Source: a virus
Lineage: Duplodnaviria > Caudoviricetes
DNA length: 39,035 nucleotides
IMG/VR virus record: IMGVR_UViG_3300014201_000015
Location: 1-39,035 of that record
Direction: 5' to 3' (one strand)
Position numbers and translations under genes: made by a program. Shown in pieces: positions 17,375 to 27,236 of the stretch. The stretch's first letter is position 1, and each line of letters opens with the position of its first letter. Under the pieces are notes generated by a model. It did not search any database, was not told where the DNA came from, and worked only from the letters and a program-made list of their open reading frames with translations.

Positions 17375-20088
17375 GCTAATACCATGGATGGTGAGACATC
17401 CAGGATAAATCCATGAATTTCTATTTCAGAGAATTGATTGCTGAGCGTGATATCTCGCATTTGCGCATCTGAAAGAGTAAATCCAATTTGAACCGTATCA
17501 CCCAACAAACTCGTATTCATTCTATGCCATATCTGATTCTGTTGAGAAGCGGTGAGCATTTGCAAGTTAGTATTCGCCGGTGTTAAACCCAAGTTCGAGC
17601 TCTCAGGACAGGTATAGAGAATAGCGCTATAGACCAGAGTATTATTGATCGAACCTGGAGCTGGGACAATAGGGCCAAAGTTATAAGGACCTGCATCATT
17701 TTGGCTTAAGAAGATATCGAGAGTGATCTGGCCATTGTTAGTAGCAGTTAAGAGATACTGTTGTGGCCCTAATCGTGTCTTTCTAGCCATTCCCCATTCG
17801 ACGGGAAATTGTTTTGTCTGGATATAAGGAACATACATTCTCTGAATCAACCCTCCTCCTTCATAAGTGCCACCAGGAATAGAGGGATTGAGCACAAATG
17901 TATTGGTAGTCGCCAAACTCACGGAGAAAATATTGCCATTGACTTGAGAAGCCACTGTCCCTAACGCCTCATTAATGATGATGTAGTCACCGTTATTGAG
18001 ACAGTGATTAGGAGCTGTTACTACATTGCCCACGATATTTTGGATAAATAATGAGTTAGCTTCTGAAGTACCTGAATCGCGGAAGAGAACAAATCCTTGC
18101 TGATTCCCTCCAATGACTTTTGGCATGAATAAGGTGGAAGATCCAGAATCCCATGGTTCATTCCACCCGCTCCATGTACCAAATGTGTCTCCGATCGTGG
18201 CCCATGTATTTCCTGTCACCTGACGAAAAAGACCATAAGTGGTAAAGGACTCATTGAAAACTGCCCACGAATTATCCCGATAATTAAACTGTAAAGTTTG
18301 ATTAGGATAGTTATAAGTTACTTCGTTGGAGAGATATGTGAAATAGATCCATTCATTGATGTAATCTTTCTGACTACAAACTCTCTCAGCTCCATTATCG
18401 GTATAATTGAACTCAAATACTTGATCAGGGATATCCAAATCGACTCTTTGCGCGGCTACTTGGGAAGTCAAAGCAATCCCATAATTCCCGATCGAAATGA
18501 CTCCGCGATCTAAGATGACGGAGGAAAAAGTACTTCCTGCCCCTAATTCTGAGTTGATGATGTAGAACAGGAAAGGACTAAGATCATTACCAGTATAAAT
18601 AAAGCGAGCGAAACGATCTGTAAAACCAATAATAAGCACGTCTTCATTGCGTCCTACCGTAATTATGGGTTGAGCATATCCTGCAGAAATATAGCCGCCA
18701 AATCCCGTCTGATCTTCCCAATAGGCACTCGGAGATGCATTCTGATTAGGGGGTGTGAGGATAGGTTGATAAATAGTGGTAGCTGAAGGAGGACCAGCGA
18801 AAGAAGCGGTATAAAATGGGGTGCCATTCTGGCTATAAATCACTGTGTCTTGGAGATAGATTTGCGAATTAGCCGCCGATGTCTGAATCACTGGACCAAA
18901 GAAAAGGAGTCTATCTTTGAATGGAACAACTATTCTGGCGCCTACTAAGTAGTATTGGTTGGGAGTCTGATCATCGATTGAGAATGTAGAAGTAGGTCCC
19001 GAGATCAGAGGAGGAGCGAAATTTACCCATCCCAATCCAGTGGAGGGAAAAGGAGGAGTTCCTCCAGTAGGGTCTCCGTCATACCAACGTAAGCAATCCT
19101 TAGTGGGATCAGAGCGATTTGTAAGATATTGGGCAATTCCTCCAGATGTATAGGTTCCGGATAGAACAGCACGGGGTAACTCAACGTTGAAAGTGGTTGG
19201 ATTGGTGACCGCAATGATATATCCCGTTTGAAAGTTAAGACTAGGAGCAATTGTGCCTACAATCTCATTGAAGAAAAGAAAATCTCCCACGACCAATTCA
19301 GGGGAGGCCACTGTCAAAGTGATGGTAATGATCGCGGGAGGGCCTGCTGAGACGATGGCAATCGCTGAAATAAATCGATATTGCATTCCTATATTTGTGA
19401 CGACAAAAGGAACATTGATTCCGTTCGTAGCCCAAAAAGCATTCTGGTAATTTGCGGTCCAAAATTGCTGGTAATCTTCTCCATTCCAAGAAGTAGGTGT
19501 CCATGTCGTTTTCTGCACATATCCAGGTAAAGAAGCAGAAGCAGGGGGATTTTTATAAAAACTGACGTCATAGATCGAATAAGGAGCAGTAGTACTCAAA
19601 TTATAGGAATAAGTCGTATCAAATCCTAAAGTGCCGGGATACTGTAGAGCGGTGAGATTCAAATCTTCCAATCCCATCACAGGCAATCCAGGAAAATATT
19701 CGATCGCAGTATTAGCTTGAGAGCCTGTAATCGTCAGAACGCCAGTTGTTCTATTGAGAACTCCTGTTCCAGCACTATTGGTAAGAAGAGTTACTGGATT
19801 GGGAACAGTACCCGGATCAACAAAGATATCTGTTCCCACGGTGAATTGAGATAAGCCAATCTCGATAGGAGCAGGAGAGATCGTAACTGTTGCATCACCT
19901 GAGCCGTCAGTGGTTGCAATATAGCGACTGAGACGTCCAAGAATAGAGGTTCCCCTCTTTCTTTTAATGCGACCGCGCCATTGATAAGCATTCAACAAAT
20001 ACGGAAAGGAATCGTTGTCTATGACAAAAGGAGTGCGATCGGTATTTAATCCTTTATTGATTGGACCTACGACGATCTTTTCTCCCAT
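17371..20088 (-). CDS. Tail nozzle/DNA stabilisation protein (P22 gp10/T7 gp12-like)
   Basis: 905 aa beta-rich; N-terminal GLNTD...LLNAYQWRGRIKRKRG pattern; position after adaptor. Confidence 0.7.
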   Translation of the reverse strand: MGEKIVVGPINKGLNTDRTPFVIDNDSFPYLLNAYQWRGRIKRKRGTSILGRLSRYIATTDGSGDATVTISPAPIEIGLSQFTVGTDIFVDPGTVPNPVTLLTNSAGTGVLNRTTGVLTITGSQANTAIEYFPGLPVMGLEDLNLTALQYPGTLGFDTTYSYNLSTTAPYSIYDVSFYKNPPASASLPGYVQKTTWTPTSWNGEDYQQFWTANYQNAFWATNGINVPFVVTNIGMQYRFISAIAIVSAGPPAIITITLTVASPELVVGDFLFFNEIVGTIAPSLNFQTGYIIAVTNPTTFNVELPRAVLSGTYTSGGIAQYLTNRSDPTKDCLRWYDGDPTGGTPPFPSTGLGWVNFAPPLISGPTSTFSIDDQTPNQYYLVGARIVVPFKDRLLFFGPVIQTSAANSQIYLQDTVIYSQNGTPFYTASFAGPPSATTIYQPILTPPNQNASPSAYWEDQTGFGGYISAGYAQPIITVGRNEDVLIIGFTDRFARFIYTGNDLSPFLFYIINSELGAGSTFSSVILDRGVISIGNYGIALTSQVAAQRVDLDIPDQVFEFNYTDNGAERVCSQKDYINEWIYFTYLSNEVTYNYPNQTLQFNYRDNSWAVFNESFTTYGLFRQVTGNTWATIGDTFGTWSGWNEPWDSGSSTLFMPKVIGGNQQGFVLFRDSGTSEANSLFIQNIVGNVVTAPNHCLNNGDYIIINEALGTVASQVNGNIFSVSLATTNTFVLNPSIPGGTYEGGGLIQRMYVPYIQTKQFPVEWGMARKTRLGPQQYLLTATNNGQITLDIFLSQNDAGPYNFGPIVPAPGSINNTLVYSAILYTCPESSNLGLTPANTNLQMLTASQQNQIWHRMNTSLLGDTVQIGFTLSDAQMRDITLSNQFSEIEIHGFILDVSPSMVLA

Positions 20089-20670
20089 TTAGTATCCTAT
20101 AGCTAACCACAAGAAACTCGAGGCTCCTCCTCCTGGCGTGGCAACAGAGATTGAAGTTTGCGTGACATTTGTGACATTGAATTGATTTCCAGTAGCATAA
20201 GGACAGACGAAGCCCATGGCTCCATTCGTAGGAAAAGCTGTGAGTCCTACAGCAGTAAATGTCACCGTATTCGATCCAGGACCTGTTAAGGAGCCGCTGC
20301 CCCATTTTAATTGAAATCCCCCTGGAAGAAATGTTTGACCGGCTGAAGGAAAAGGAGCTCCAGCTTTTGTCGTTCCGGACGTCAATTGAATGGCTGTTCC
20401 AGAAGGACGCTGGAGAAAAAGTTCCAATAGAGTATTGACTGTAGCTGAATACACAACATCTGCGCCGGTAACAGCTCCAGGAGGAGAAGATGTTTGATCG
20501 ACATATGTACTTTTCTGATGATAGCCACTATTGTTGCCAGGATCATTGAATCCAACTAAATCTACACTCACAATACTGGCCACAGCATTGCAATTGATCA
20601 ATAAATTAGGTTGAGAAGCAGAAGGATTATCAGATCCCAATGGGATATCTGGTACATAGTTAATGTTCAT
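20089..20670 (-). CDS. Short tail protein with gp53-like C-terminal domain
   Basis: TFLPGGFQLKWG...VTF...FPT...WLAIGY motif. Confidence 0.6.
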   Translation of the reverse strand: MNINYVPDIPLGSDNPSASQPNLLINCNAVASIVSVDLVGFNDPGNNSGYHQKSTYVDQTSSPPGAVTGADVVYSATVNTLLELFLQRPSGTAIQLTSGTTKAGAPFPSAGQTFLPGGFQLKWGSGSLTGPGSNTVTFTAVGLTAFPTNGAMGFVCPYATGNQFNVTNVTQTSISVATPGGGASSFLWLAIGY

Positions 20671-21929
20671 TAAGTTGCTCCTTGTCCTACTCCAGAATTA
20701 AAGCTCTGACTTCCTTGTAGTTCCGAGAAAATCGTTCCGGTGCGAGTAGAAGTAAATTGACGTTGGCTTCTCTTCCAAACTAGTGTTTCCTGTTCTTTGA
20801 ATAGAGGCTCATAGAAAGCAAACTGTTCTACGTCCCCTGTATCGCTCAGAATCTTTCGAGCTGCTCCTCTAGCAACATATTCTGACATATAGGCAAATGG
20901 AATCGCTTGAGTGGTGCTAAGAAAGGCTGCTGGCGTGAGATAAGCATCCAGTTCAATGAGATATTGTGTATCTGGAGGAGGACGAATCGTCAGACAGTTA
21001 TTCCAGAATAAAACTGCTCGAGGAATGCCTTGCTCAAAGAAATAACATTGAGCTTGAATTGGGGTGCCAGCGCCAGGAGGATTTGGAAAGGTGATATTCA
21101 CGACCCCGCTATTGTAATTCACAGTGTTCTGTGTCGTCGAATAAGTCCCTCCTGGATTGAGCGCAGTAACACCAAGAGGAAGATTGCCGAATGGAGGATT
21201 CCCTGGCTGCATGAGAAGTCCATAAAGTTGATTTCCAGTTCCTGAGAGTAGAAATTGTCCACTATCTGAAATAGTCGTATTACTACCATTTTCATTCGTG
21301 TAATTGATATAAACTGCAGGAAAAAAGCTTGTCGAAGGAATAGCAATCTGTCCATCTCGTGGATCTGGAGAAGCAAAAACAGAAAATTCATTGGCAAAAA
21401 TAGGATCTGCTGTATTTCCAGTCGCTTGAATGCCTACCATATCGATATGACCTGGGATAGCTGGAAAATAGGGTAATGAGAACTGAAAAGTAGTCGTTGT
21501 ACCATCTCCAGTAGCCACTTGAGAGAGTTCTTGAATATAGTTAGGCCATAGATTCCAATAGCCTTGACGTTGTGTATAAAAAGGAATCTGAATTCCATCG
21601 ACTGCAGCCGGTCCAAAAAATCCTTGATAAACTGGTAAAGGACTAATCGTATCTTGCAATGGTGGAGATGGATTGGGCGAAGATGTTTGAGAGGAATACA
21701 AAGGCATATTGTAATCGCTAATCCCTGGAATCGTCTGAAATTGATATTTCGTCTTTAAATCGAAAAGCTGAATACGTGCATCAACGTCTAGAATCCAAAA
21801 GCGATTAATGTAATCGACAATTAGGTTGTCCGTCAGAAGGGCATTGGATGGTGCCTTAACTATTCGGCGTATGTAAGTTATAATATCGGATAACAAATTG
21901 ATAAAGCACCCAATGATTAAAAAAATCAA
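20670..21929 (-). CDS. Head-tail adaptor/tail tubular A-like protein (start uncertain)
   Basis: N-terminal helix LSDIITYIRR..IVDYIN and C-terminal IRPPPD..Y.I...YVARGAA pattern. Confidence 0.65.
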   Translation of the reverse strand: MIFLIIGCFINLLSDIITYIRRIVKAPSNALLTDNLIVDYINRFWILDVDARIQLFDLKTKYQFQTIPGISDYNMPLYSSQTSSPNPSPPLQDTISPLPVYQGFFGPAAVDGIQIPFYTQRQGYWNLWPNYIQELSQVATGDGTTTTFQFSLPYFPAIPGHIDMVGIQATGNTADPIFANEFSVFASPDPRDGQIAIPSTSFFPAVYINYTNENGSNTTISDSGQFLLSGTGNQLYGLLMQPGNPPFGNLPLGVTALNPGGTYSTTQNTVNYNSGVVNITFPNPPGAGTPIQAQCYFFEQGIPRAVLFWNNCLTIRPPPDTQYLIELDAYLTPAAFLSTTQAIPFAYMSEYVARGAARKILSDTGDVEQFAFYEPLFKEQETLVWKRSQRQFTSTRTGTIFSELQGSQSFNSGVGQGAT

Positions 21930-21943
21930 TATACACTAATTCG

Positions 21944-22501
21944 TCAGTCGAACAAAGAAGAACCGACAGTACGGCAACTTAATCTCGGCTTCACTTGATC
22001 AACCACTACAGCTCCGGTATAACTCCCTATTCCATCAGAACTTGTAATCTGATCTTCACGCATGGTCAATCGATTGTAGAAACATTGACTAATCTGTTTA
22101 GCTAAAAGGCGTGGCACATACACAGGTTTATTGACAGGAACTTTCCAAAAATGAGCTGGATCTCCAGGAAATCTTTTGGTCCATGTCGAAATCTCTTCAC
22201 CGATTATTTCATGATTTTCGAAAACGCATTTGATATATTCCCAAGCTTTTTTATGAGCCTCTCGCTGTTTTTCATCAAAAGGTTCTTTAGAATTGATAGA
22301 TCTAATCGGTTTTATATAAGGAGCATCTGCATTCTTTACCTCCCGACTCGATAATTTTGTCTGTGGTTCAGTTTCTGGAACTACTCTCATAGAATCCCGA
22401 TCTGAAACTAATCCTTTGATATTCTCTTCAAAAGCAGAGATCTGAGCTTCAGCTTTATCGAGTTCTCTTTGTCCTGCGCTGTTGACTTTAGGTGTTGCCA
22501 T
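21944..22501 (-). CDS. Hypothetical protein of head module
   Basis: AGGA SD; operon position. Confidence 0.65.
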   Translation of the reverse strand: MATPKVNSAGQRELDKAEAQISAFEENIKGLVSDRDSMRVVPETEPQTKLSSREVKNADAPYIKPIRSINSKEPFDEKQREAHKKAWEYIKCVFENHEIIGEEISTWTKRFPGDPAHFWKVPVNKPVYVPRLLAKQISQCFYNRLTMREDQITSSDGIGSYTGAVVVDQVKPRLSCRTVGSSLFD

Positions 22502-22511
22502 AAAAAATCCT

Positions 22512-22964
22512 TTACCCGGCTTCTACGGGTGAAATGTTAATGAAAGCTCCTGGAACAGTTGTTGTTGGCACTGATCTTCCAGTCGAAGAGATAATTCCCG
22601 AACTCGTATCACCAATCGCTACAATTTGAGGAGGAGTAGGTCCATATGCTGGAGTTGGCACGAAAATATTGTAATTTCTGGAATCTATATTCACTGTCAC
22701 TTGATTCACCCCGGGAATTCCAACCACCAGAGCTGTCTGTCCATTCAGTTGTTGAATCCCATAAGTAGGCGGAATTAAAAAGCGCACCTCTTGACCGAGC
22801 ACATAATTATTATTCACATTGCCATATGCAGGAACAGTAGTCACCATCGTGACCACACCTCTGGTAATAGCAGAAATGGTGAATACAGAAGGTTGGAAGT
22901 TTTGAGGTTCTATCGGTGGATTGCGCTCTGGAGCAACTGGTGCTTGATCTGGAGGAAAAGTCAT
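22512..22964 (-). CDS. Virion protein with FCCH-like beta domain
   Basis: ISAITRG..TMVTT...GQEVRFLIP...QLNG...VTVNIDS motif, also in 23081-24160. Confidence 0.6.
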   Translation of the reverse strand: MTFPPDQAPVAPERNPPIEPQNFQPSVFTISAITRGVVTMVTTVPAYGNVNNNYVLGQEVRFLIPPTYGIQQLNGQTALVVGIPGVNQVTVNIDSRNYNIFVPTPAYGPTPPQIVAIGDTSSGIISSTGRSVPTTTVPGAFINISPVEAG

Positions 22965-23025
22965 AGGTCTAAGTGCTTTTAGACCACTATACTGATTAAA
23001 TATTTTAGTTTATAGAGAAGCGAAT

Positions 23026-23050
23026 AAAAAACCCCCTATTTCTAGGGGGT
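23026..23050 (-). terminator. Intrinsic terminator after capsid/decoration genes
   Basis: 8-bp stem ACCCCCTA/TAGGGGGT, 4-nt loop, U-tract on minus strand. Confidence 0.85.
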
Positions 23051-23080
23051 CACATAAACTGCAAAAGATTAACGTTTCAA

Positions 23081-24160
23081 TTAAACACTATAGTCCAAAA
23101 AGATAGCTTCCCAATCAATAATGTCACCAGTAGTTCCACTAATTGCAGAACCAATGATGAATCCTTGACTTGTGTTGTTGCAGAAAGCTCCCGCAACAGC
23201 AGGTCCATTGATGGACGGAGTCAAAGTTTGCGAAGTTCCATTGTAGAAACTTGGCGCAACAAAATTGGGTAACAACGATCCAGAATTTGCATCGCCAACA
23301 GCATAAACCAATGGGAAAGACAGCCCGATAGCTTGCGCTACGGTGGGGTTCGTATTGAACGCTGTATATCCTGTGGAGTTGATATTGACAGTGAAAGTCA
23401 GAGGATTGCTAAAGCCGGTAACAAACCCATAGACCGGAGATCCAGGAGTAATGTTGTTAGGCAGCGGATTTAGCTGTGTTGTTCCCCATATTGCTGGGAT
23501 ACTAAATGCCACTTCTTGACCTACTACAAAGTTAGACGGAGCTGCCGTCGTCACTGTAGTTGTAGAACCAAGAGTCAATGCAGATACTACAGACACACCG
23601 GGCGCATACAGTACAGGGTAAAGTATTTGCCTTACATAAGCACCTGCTGGAGAGCCAGAAAGAGCTGTGTAATTGGACTGGTTAGTATTCCAGTTGATTG
23701 TGAATGTAGTGGCACTTGTCACAGTTACAGCAAATGGAATAGTCGCAATCTGCGGCATTCCAGTCGTTGGGGACTGATAGAGTCCTTGCAAGATAACAAA
23801 GTTACCTGACACAAGACCATGTGGTGTCGCTGTCGTTACTACAGCTGGACTTGCTTTCGTGATACTTGCAATCTGAACCTGTGGTCCATATTGGAGAGCA
23901 AGTGCGCCCTGAAACGTGCTAAAGCCACCTGTGGTGACATAAGTCGTTGTAGGAACGCCTGCAGTGAGCGTATTCAAATACGCAGCAGCAGCACCATCGT
24001 CTTTATACCACCAAGCTTCCGATACACCGGTTCCCGCTAAAACACGAGTCTGGTTCGAAATCCTGATGAGTTGTGGCACAAATGGTAATACAACAGTTGT
24101 AGGGCCACCTGTTAGAGTAGAAACTACTTGACCTGTCGCTAATTTTGAATATTCAGCCAT
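23081..24160 (-). CDS. Capsid decoration/cement-like protein with two FCCH-like domains
   Basis: IASITKASPAVVTTATPHGL and second repeat; directly after MCP; GAGGTG SD. Confidence 0.65.
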   Translation of the reverse strand: MAEYSKLATGQVVSTLTGGPTTVVLPFVPQLIRISNQTRVLAGTGVSEAWWYKDDGAAAAYLNTLTAGVPTTTYVTTGGFSTFQGALALQYGPQVQIASITKASPAVVTTATPHGLVSGNFVILQGLYQSPTTGMPQIATIPFAVTVTSATTFTINWNTNQSNYTALSGSPAGAYVRQILYPVLYAPGVSVVSALTLGSTTTVTTAAPSNFVVGQEVAFSIPAIWGTTQLNPLPNNITPGSPVYGFVTGFSNPLTFTVNINSTGYTAFNTNPTVAQAIGLSFPLVYAVGDANSGSLLPNFVAPSFYNGTSQTLTPSINGPAVAGAFCNNTSQGFIIGSAISGTTGDIIDWEAIFLDYSV

Positions 24161-24170
24161 GATTCACCTC

Positions 24171-25130
24171 TTAGTTGCCAGCACGAGTGCTGAGAAGGTT
24201 TCTGATAGCTGTATCCTGTGTGATCGCTTGCGCTTGAGCAAATTTAACTGCCAAAGTCGCGTTTTGAGCGAGCATTCCAGAATAGTACGGATCGCGATAA
24301 ATCAAGTTCATTGAATACCCGTCCTGGTTGATATGTGTGATCGCTTGTTTCCCGACGACGGTATTGTAATACACATCACGGCCATTAAGGGACGCACCAC
24401 GAGCAACTGGAGCTTCGGAGCTAACCAAGATACGAATGTTATACACGTTGCCGTATTCAGCGGGCAGTGCAGATGCATTCGTTGGATAGTTCCATTGAGC
24501 CAAGAATCCTGAGCCAGTCAACGCATCGAAATCGGGCTGCAGTTCAGTAGAAGACAGCATGAAATAGCTGCTACGTACTGGACCTGTTCCGAATCGATCC
24601 ATACCCTCAACGCCAGACATAAATTTGTAGGCATTATTGGTATCGAGTGTCGCTGCAACCAATGAGAAGTCAGAAACTCCCAAATTGGTTGGATTGTCAC
24701 CGTTGCTTCCGCCAGCTGCATTGATCTGCGATGCCGCAGATACAACATAGTCGCGGAGGATCAAGTCTTCAGCTTGGCGCATAGCAACCGCAAGTCTCTC
24801 AGAGACCCAAGCGAGAACGCCTTCCTGGTCTTGCAGAATTACTTGTTCGTTGATAATACAGCCAGTTCCGAAAAACGCCATTTGCGCATCAATAATATCA
24901 CGTTGTGGCACTTGGGCAGGCGGATCGATGCCGCTATTGCCCAACTGGATAGTTGGAGGTGTCAAGGCTCTGGGACGCATGAAACGGCAAGTTGTACCGC
25001 CGTTAGCAGGCATAGAGACTTTGTCACACACCAAAATATAATTCATGGTAGGCGTAGGCACATAGAGCATCGCAGGCGCAAGCGACTGCAGAATCATAGG
25101 GCCTAAGTTACCGGTAGTAGTAATAGACAT
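24171..25130 (-). CDS. Major capsid protein, N4-gp56 family (start probably ATG 25130)
   Basis: MPANGGTTCRFMR, AEDLILRD, EYGNVYNIRILVSS motifs; follows scaffold. Confidence 0.85.
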   Translation of the reverse strand: MSITTTGNLGPMILQSLAPAMLYVPTPTMNYILVCDKVSMPANGGTTCRFMRPRALTPPTIQLGNSGIDPPAQVPQRDIIDAQMAFFGTGCIINEQVILQDQEGVLAWVSERLAVAMRQAEDLILRDYVVSAASQINAAGGSNGDNPTNLGVSDFSLVAATLDTNNAYKFMSGVEGMDRFGTGPVRSSYFMLSSTELQPDFDALTGSGFLAQWNYPTNASALPAEYGNVYNIRILVSSEAPVARGASLNGRDVYYNTVVGKQAITHINQDGYSMNLIYRDPYYSGMLAQNATLAVKFAQAQAITQDTAIRNLLSTRAGN

Positions 25131-25158
25131 AGTCAAACCCATGTTTAGTTACATAGTT

Positions 25159-25346
25159 TTGACCTTGGCGAGAGGACAATTACGCCCGATGTACCTTATT
25201 TGGCCGAATTAGATACATGTTTTGGAAAATGTCTCTAAAATCAACGCTTTCTCCAAATACGTTGAAGAAATGTGATTTTTTCATCACTTTCCGACCTTTG
25301 CGAGAGGCAATACGCAATGCACATAACGTAGTGCGAACGTACTTCG
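25159..25346 (-). ncRNA. Structured leader RNA of capsid gene
   Basis: Two covarying pseudoknot-like repeats plus three hairpins; G-U pairs favour the minus (sense) strand. Confidence 0.55.
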
Positions 25347-25402
25347 AATAGTAAATATCTATTGAATTAAAATAAAGATTACTTGTTCTTTTGCATATCG
25401 CA

Positions 25403-26083
25403 TTACAGCCTTAACTTGCTTTTAAGTTCTTGTAACTTAGCATAGGCATTCTTTTGCCCGGACTCGGAAAAATCTCCCGCTGCTGCATAGGGAGCACTGC
25501 TGACTCCAGAAGGTTGATAGTAGGGACTTCTCTTATTCTGTTCGATGACCTGCTGAATGGATGGTTTATTTTCTTCTTTTTTATGTAACCCAATTGCTTT
25601 GATCGCATGATAAACGAGCTTTTGTCTAGCGAATCCTTCGGGCATCTCCAAAATTGTTTCAGCCAGTTCGGGATCTTTATCGATCAGTTTCTGCATCATT
25701 TCAGGTTGCATGATCTCATTAAAATCGTTCTTCTGCTTGAGATAACTGGTCTGACGCTCTTGTTGGACCATAGCTCTAGCTTTTTCTTCAGCTTTCTTCT
25801 CAATCCTTTGATCGAGATTAGCCTCGAACTTCTTAAATTTCTTATCCAAAGCGCGGTGATCTACATAGGGTTCATCTGAAGGAGCATCATCATCGTCATG
25901 TGATTTAGAAAACTCTTGTCTTTCCCGTTCTAATCGAGAAGCTCTCTCTTCAGCTTGTTGCCTAGCTGCTCTTTCATTGTCGAGTTGCTTTCTAAGTTGC
26001 GTGAAATTAAATTCCTTCGCACTTTGTTCTTTGCTGTCTACTGGAACAGCTGAGTTAGGAGTTTCTTGAGATGGTGTTGTCAT
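25403..26083 (-). CDS. Capsid scaffolding protein
   Basis: KEFNFTQLRKQL coiled coil, acidic linker, position before MCP. Confidence 0.75.
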   Translation of the reverse strand: MTTPSQETPNSAVPVDSKEQSAKEFNFTQLRKQLDNERAARQQAEERASRLERERQEFSKSHDDDDAPSDEPYVDHRALDKKFKKFEANLDQRIEKKAEEKARAMVQQERQTSYLKQKNDFNEIMQPEMMQKLIDKDPELAETILEMPEGFARQKLVYHAIKAIGLHKKEENKPSIQQVIEQNKRSPYYQPSGVSSAPYAAAGDFSESGQKNAYAKLQELKSKLRL

Positions 26084-26123
26084 TAAGCCTCATAGCATTG
26101 ACGCCTGCCAGCGGGGTTATGGG

Positions 26124-26330
26124 TTGTATGACACTTTAACTAAATATTTTAATTGGTACAAGATGATAGAAAGATACATACAGATTTCAGAACACGATTA
26201 CGAACGAATTACGACTTGGTGTCACGACAGTTTAGAGTTGACTAGCGATCAAGGTGACGAATTAAAAACTCTCATTCAAATGATAGCTACCATCCTGGAA
26301 ATAGATATGACTAAGGAAGAAGATCGATGA
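26124..26330 (+). CDS. Hypothetical protein (start uncertain)
   Basis: ATGA-coupled to 26327. Confidence 0.45.
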   Translation: MYDTLTKYFNWYKMIERYIQISEHDYERITTWCHDSLELTSDQGDELKTLIQMIATILEIDMTKEEDR

Positions 26331-26803
26331 AACTAGATCCTTTGGATGCACATGATCGGTTACTACATCTACACAAAGAACAGTCCAATACAATCGCACA
26401 AGGAGCTTCGGATTGCCTAAAGACAAATCCCCTCTCTTTGGCGCTCCAAGAGCATTCACCCTATGTCTATATTTTTGGACATCCTCGTACTGAGCCGGAT
26501 GGATCTACAAAAAGAATGTTATGGCAGCCTAGACTCACAAAACCAGAAGCACAGACCAATTCCTATCTATTTAGAGCAATTTCTAAGACAGATTTGCTAG
26601 AAATCATATGGATTCTTCCTCCTAGAGAATTGTGGTCCCAATATGAAGAGGGAAAAGTGTGTGCTTCGGAAGAAGTCAGAACGAGCATCAATAACTTTCT
26701 TCATTATCGAGCAGAACTGAATCAACCTCATCCAGAAGATTTATCTGATGATCAAATACTTAAGATTAGACAGACAATTGCTATGACTTTAGGAATGAGA
26801 TAA
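26327..26803 (+). CDS. Hypothetical phage protein on opposite strand inside head module
   Basis: AAGGA SD; globular composition (WQPRLTKP, WILPP). Confidence 0.7.
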   Translation: MKLDPLDAHDRLLHLHKEQSNTIAQGASDCLKTNPLSLALQEHSPYVYIFGHPRTEPDGSTKRMLWQPRLTKPEAQTNSYLFRAISKTDLLEIIWILPPRELWSQYEEGKVCASEEVRTSINNFLHYRAELNQPHPEDLSDDQILKIRQTIAMTLGMR

Positions 26804-26805
26804 CA

Positions 26806-27012
26806 CTAAGCGACAGATTTGGGAGGCGTTCCCATCTGTTTACGACTCACAGGACGATAACCGACTGAAGAATCTCTCATGCGACCCATTTTATTCTTAG
26901 CGCCTGTGCCATAATAATCACCCATTCCAGTTTTAACCGGAGCAGTATGGGCTTCTACTTTCTTAGCGCGATTACCTGGAATCTTTACATCACTTGGTCG
27001 CAGGGGAAACAT
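26806..27012 (-). CDS. Small basic Gly/Lys/Met-rich protein
   Basis: GMGDYYGTG motif resembles AGDDYGVG of neighbour. Confidence 0.6.
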   Translation of the reverse strand: MFPLRPSDVKIPGNRAKKVEAHTAPVKTGMGDYYGTGAKNKMGRMRDSSVGYRPVSRKQMGTPPKSVA

Positions 27013-27236
27013 TTGCTCTCCTGAGGAATAGGTCCTGATGCCATGCTCGAAGCTTTTTCTTTGCCGACGGGTGTACGAAAACCTACACCGTAATCATCAC
27101 CAGCAGCCATAAAGCGTCCTGTTGTGGCTTCTTCTTTGGTAGGAGCGCGAAAAGGCCATGGCTTTGGAACATCTGCTTCAGGAGCTGTGCGCTTTTCAGC
27201 AGAAATCGGATCATTAAATGCTTTCTTCTTAGCCAT
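26985..27236 (-). CDS. Small basic protein
   Basis: AAGGT SD; MAKKK start. Confidence 0.65.
   Translation of the reverse strand: MAKKKAFNDPISAEKRTAPEADVPKPWPFRAPTKEEATTGRFMAAGDDYGVGFRTPVGKEKASSMASGPIPQESKCFPCDQVM

Noticed and set aside
22512-24160. Ubiquitin-activating enzyme (FCCH-like domains)
   Set aside because: Only the small beta domain common in phage virion proteins; no adenylation or catalytic domain
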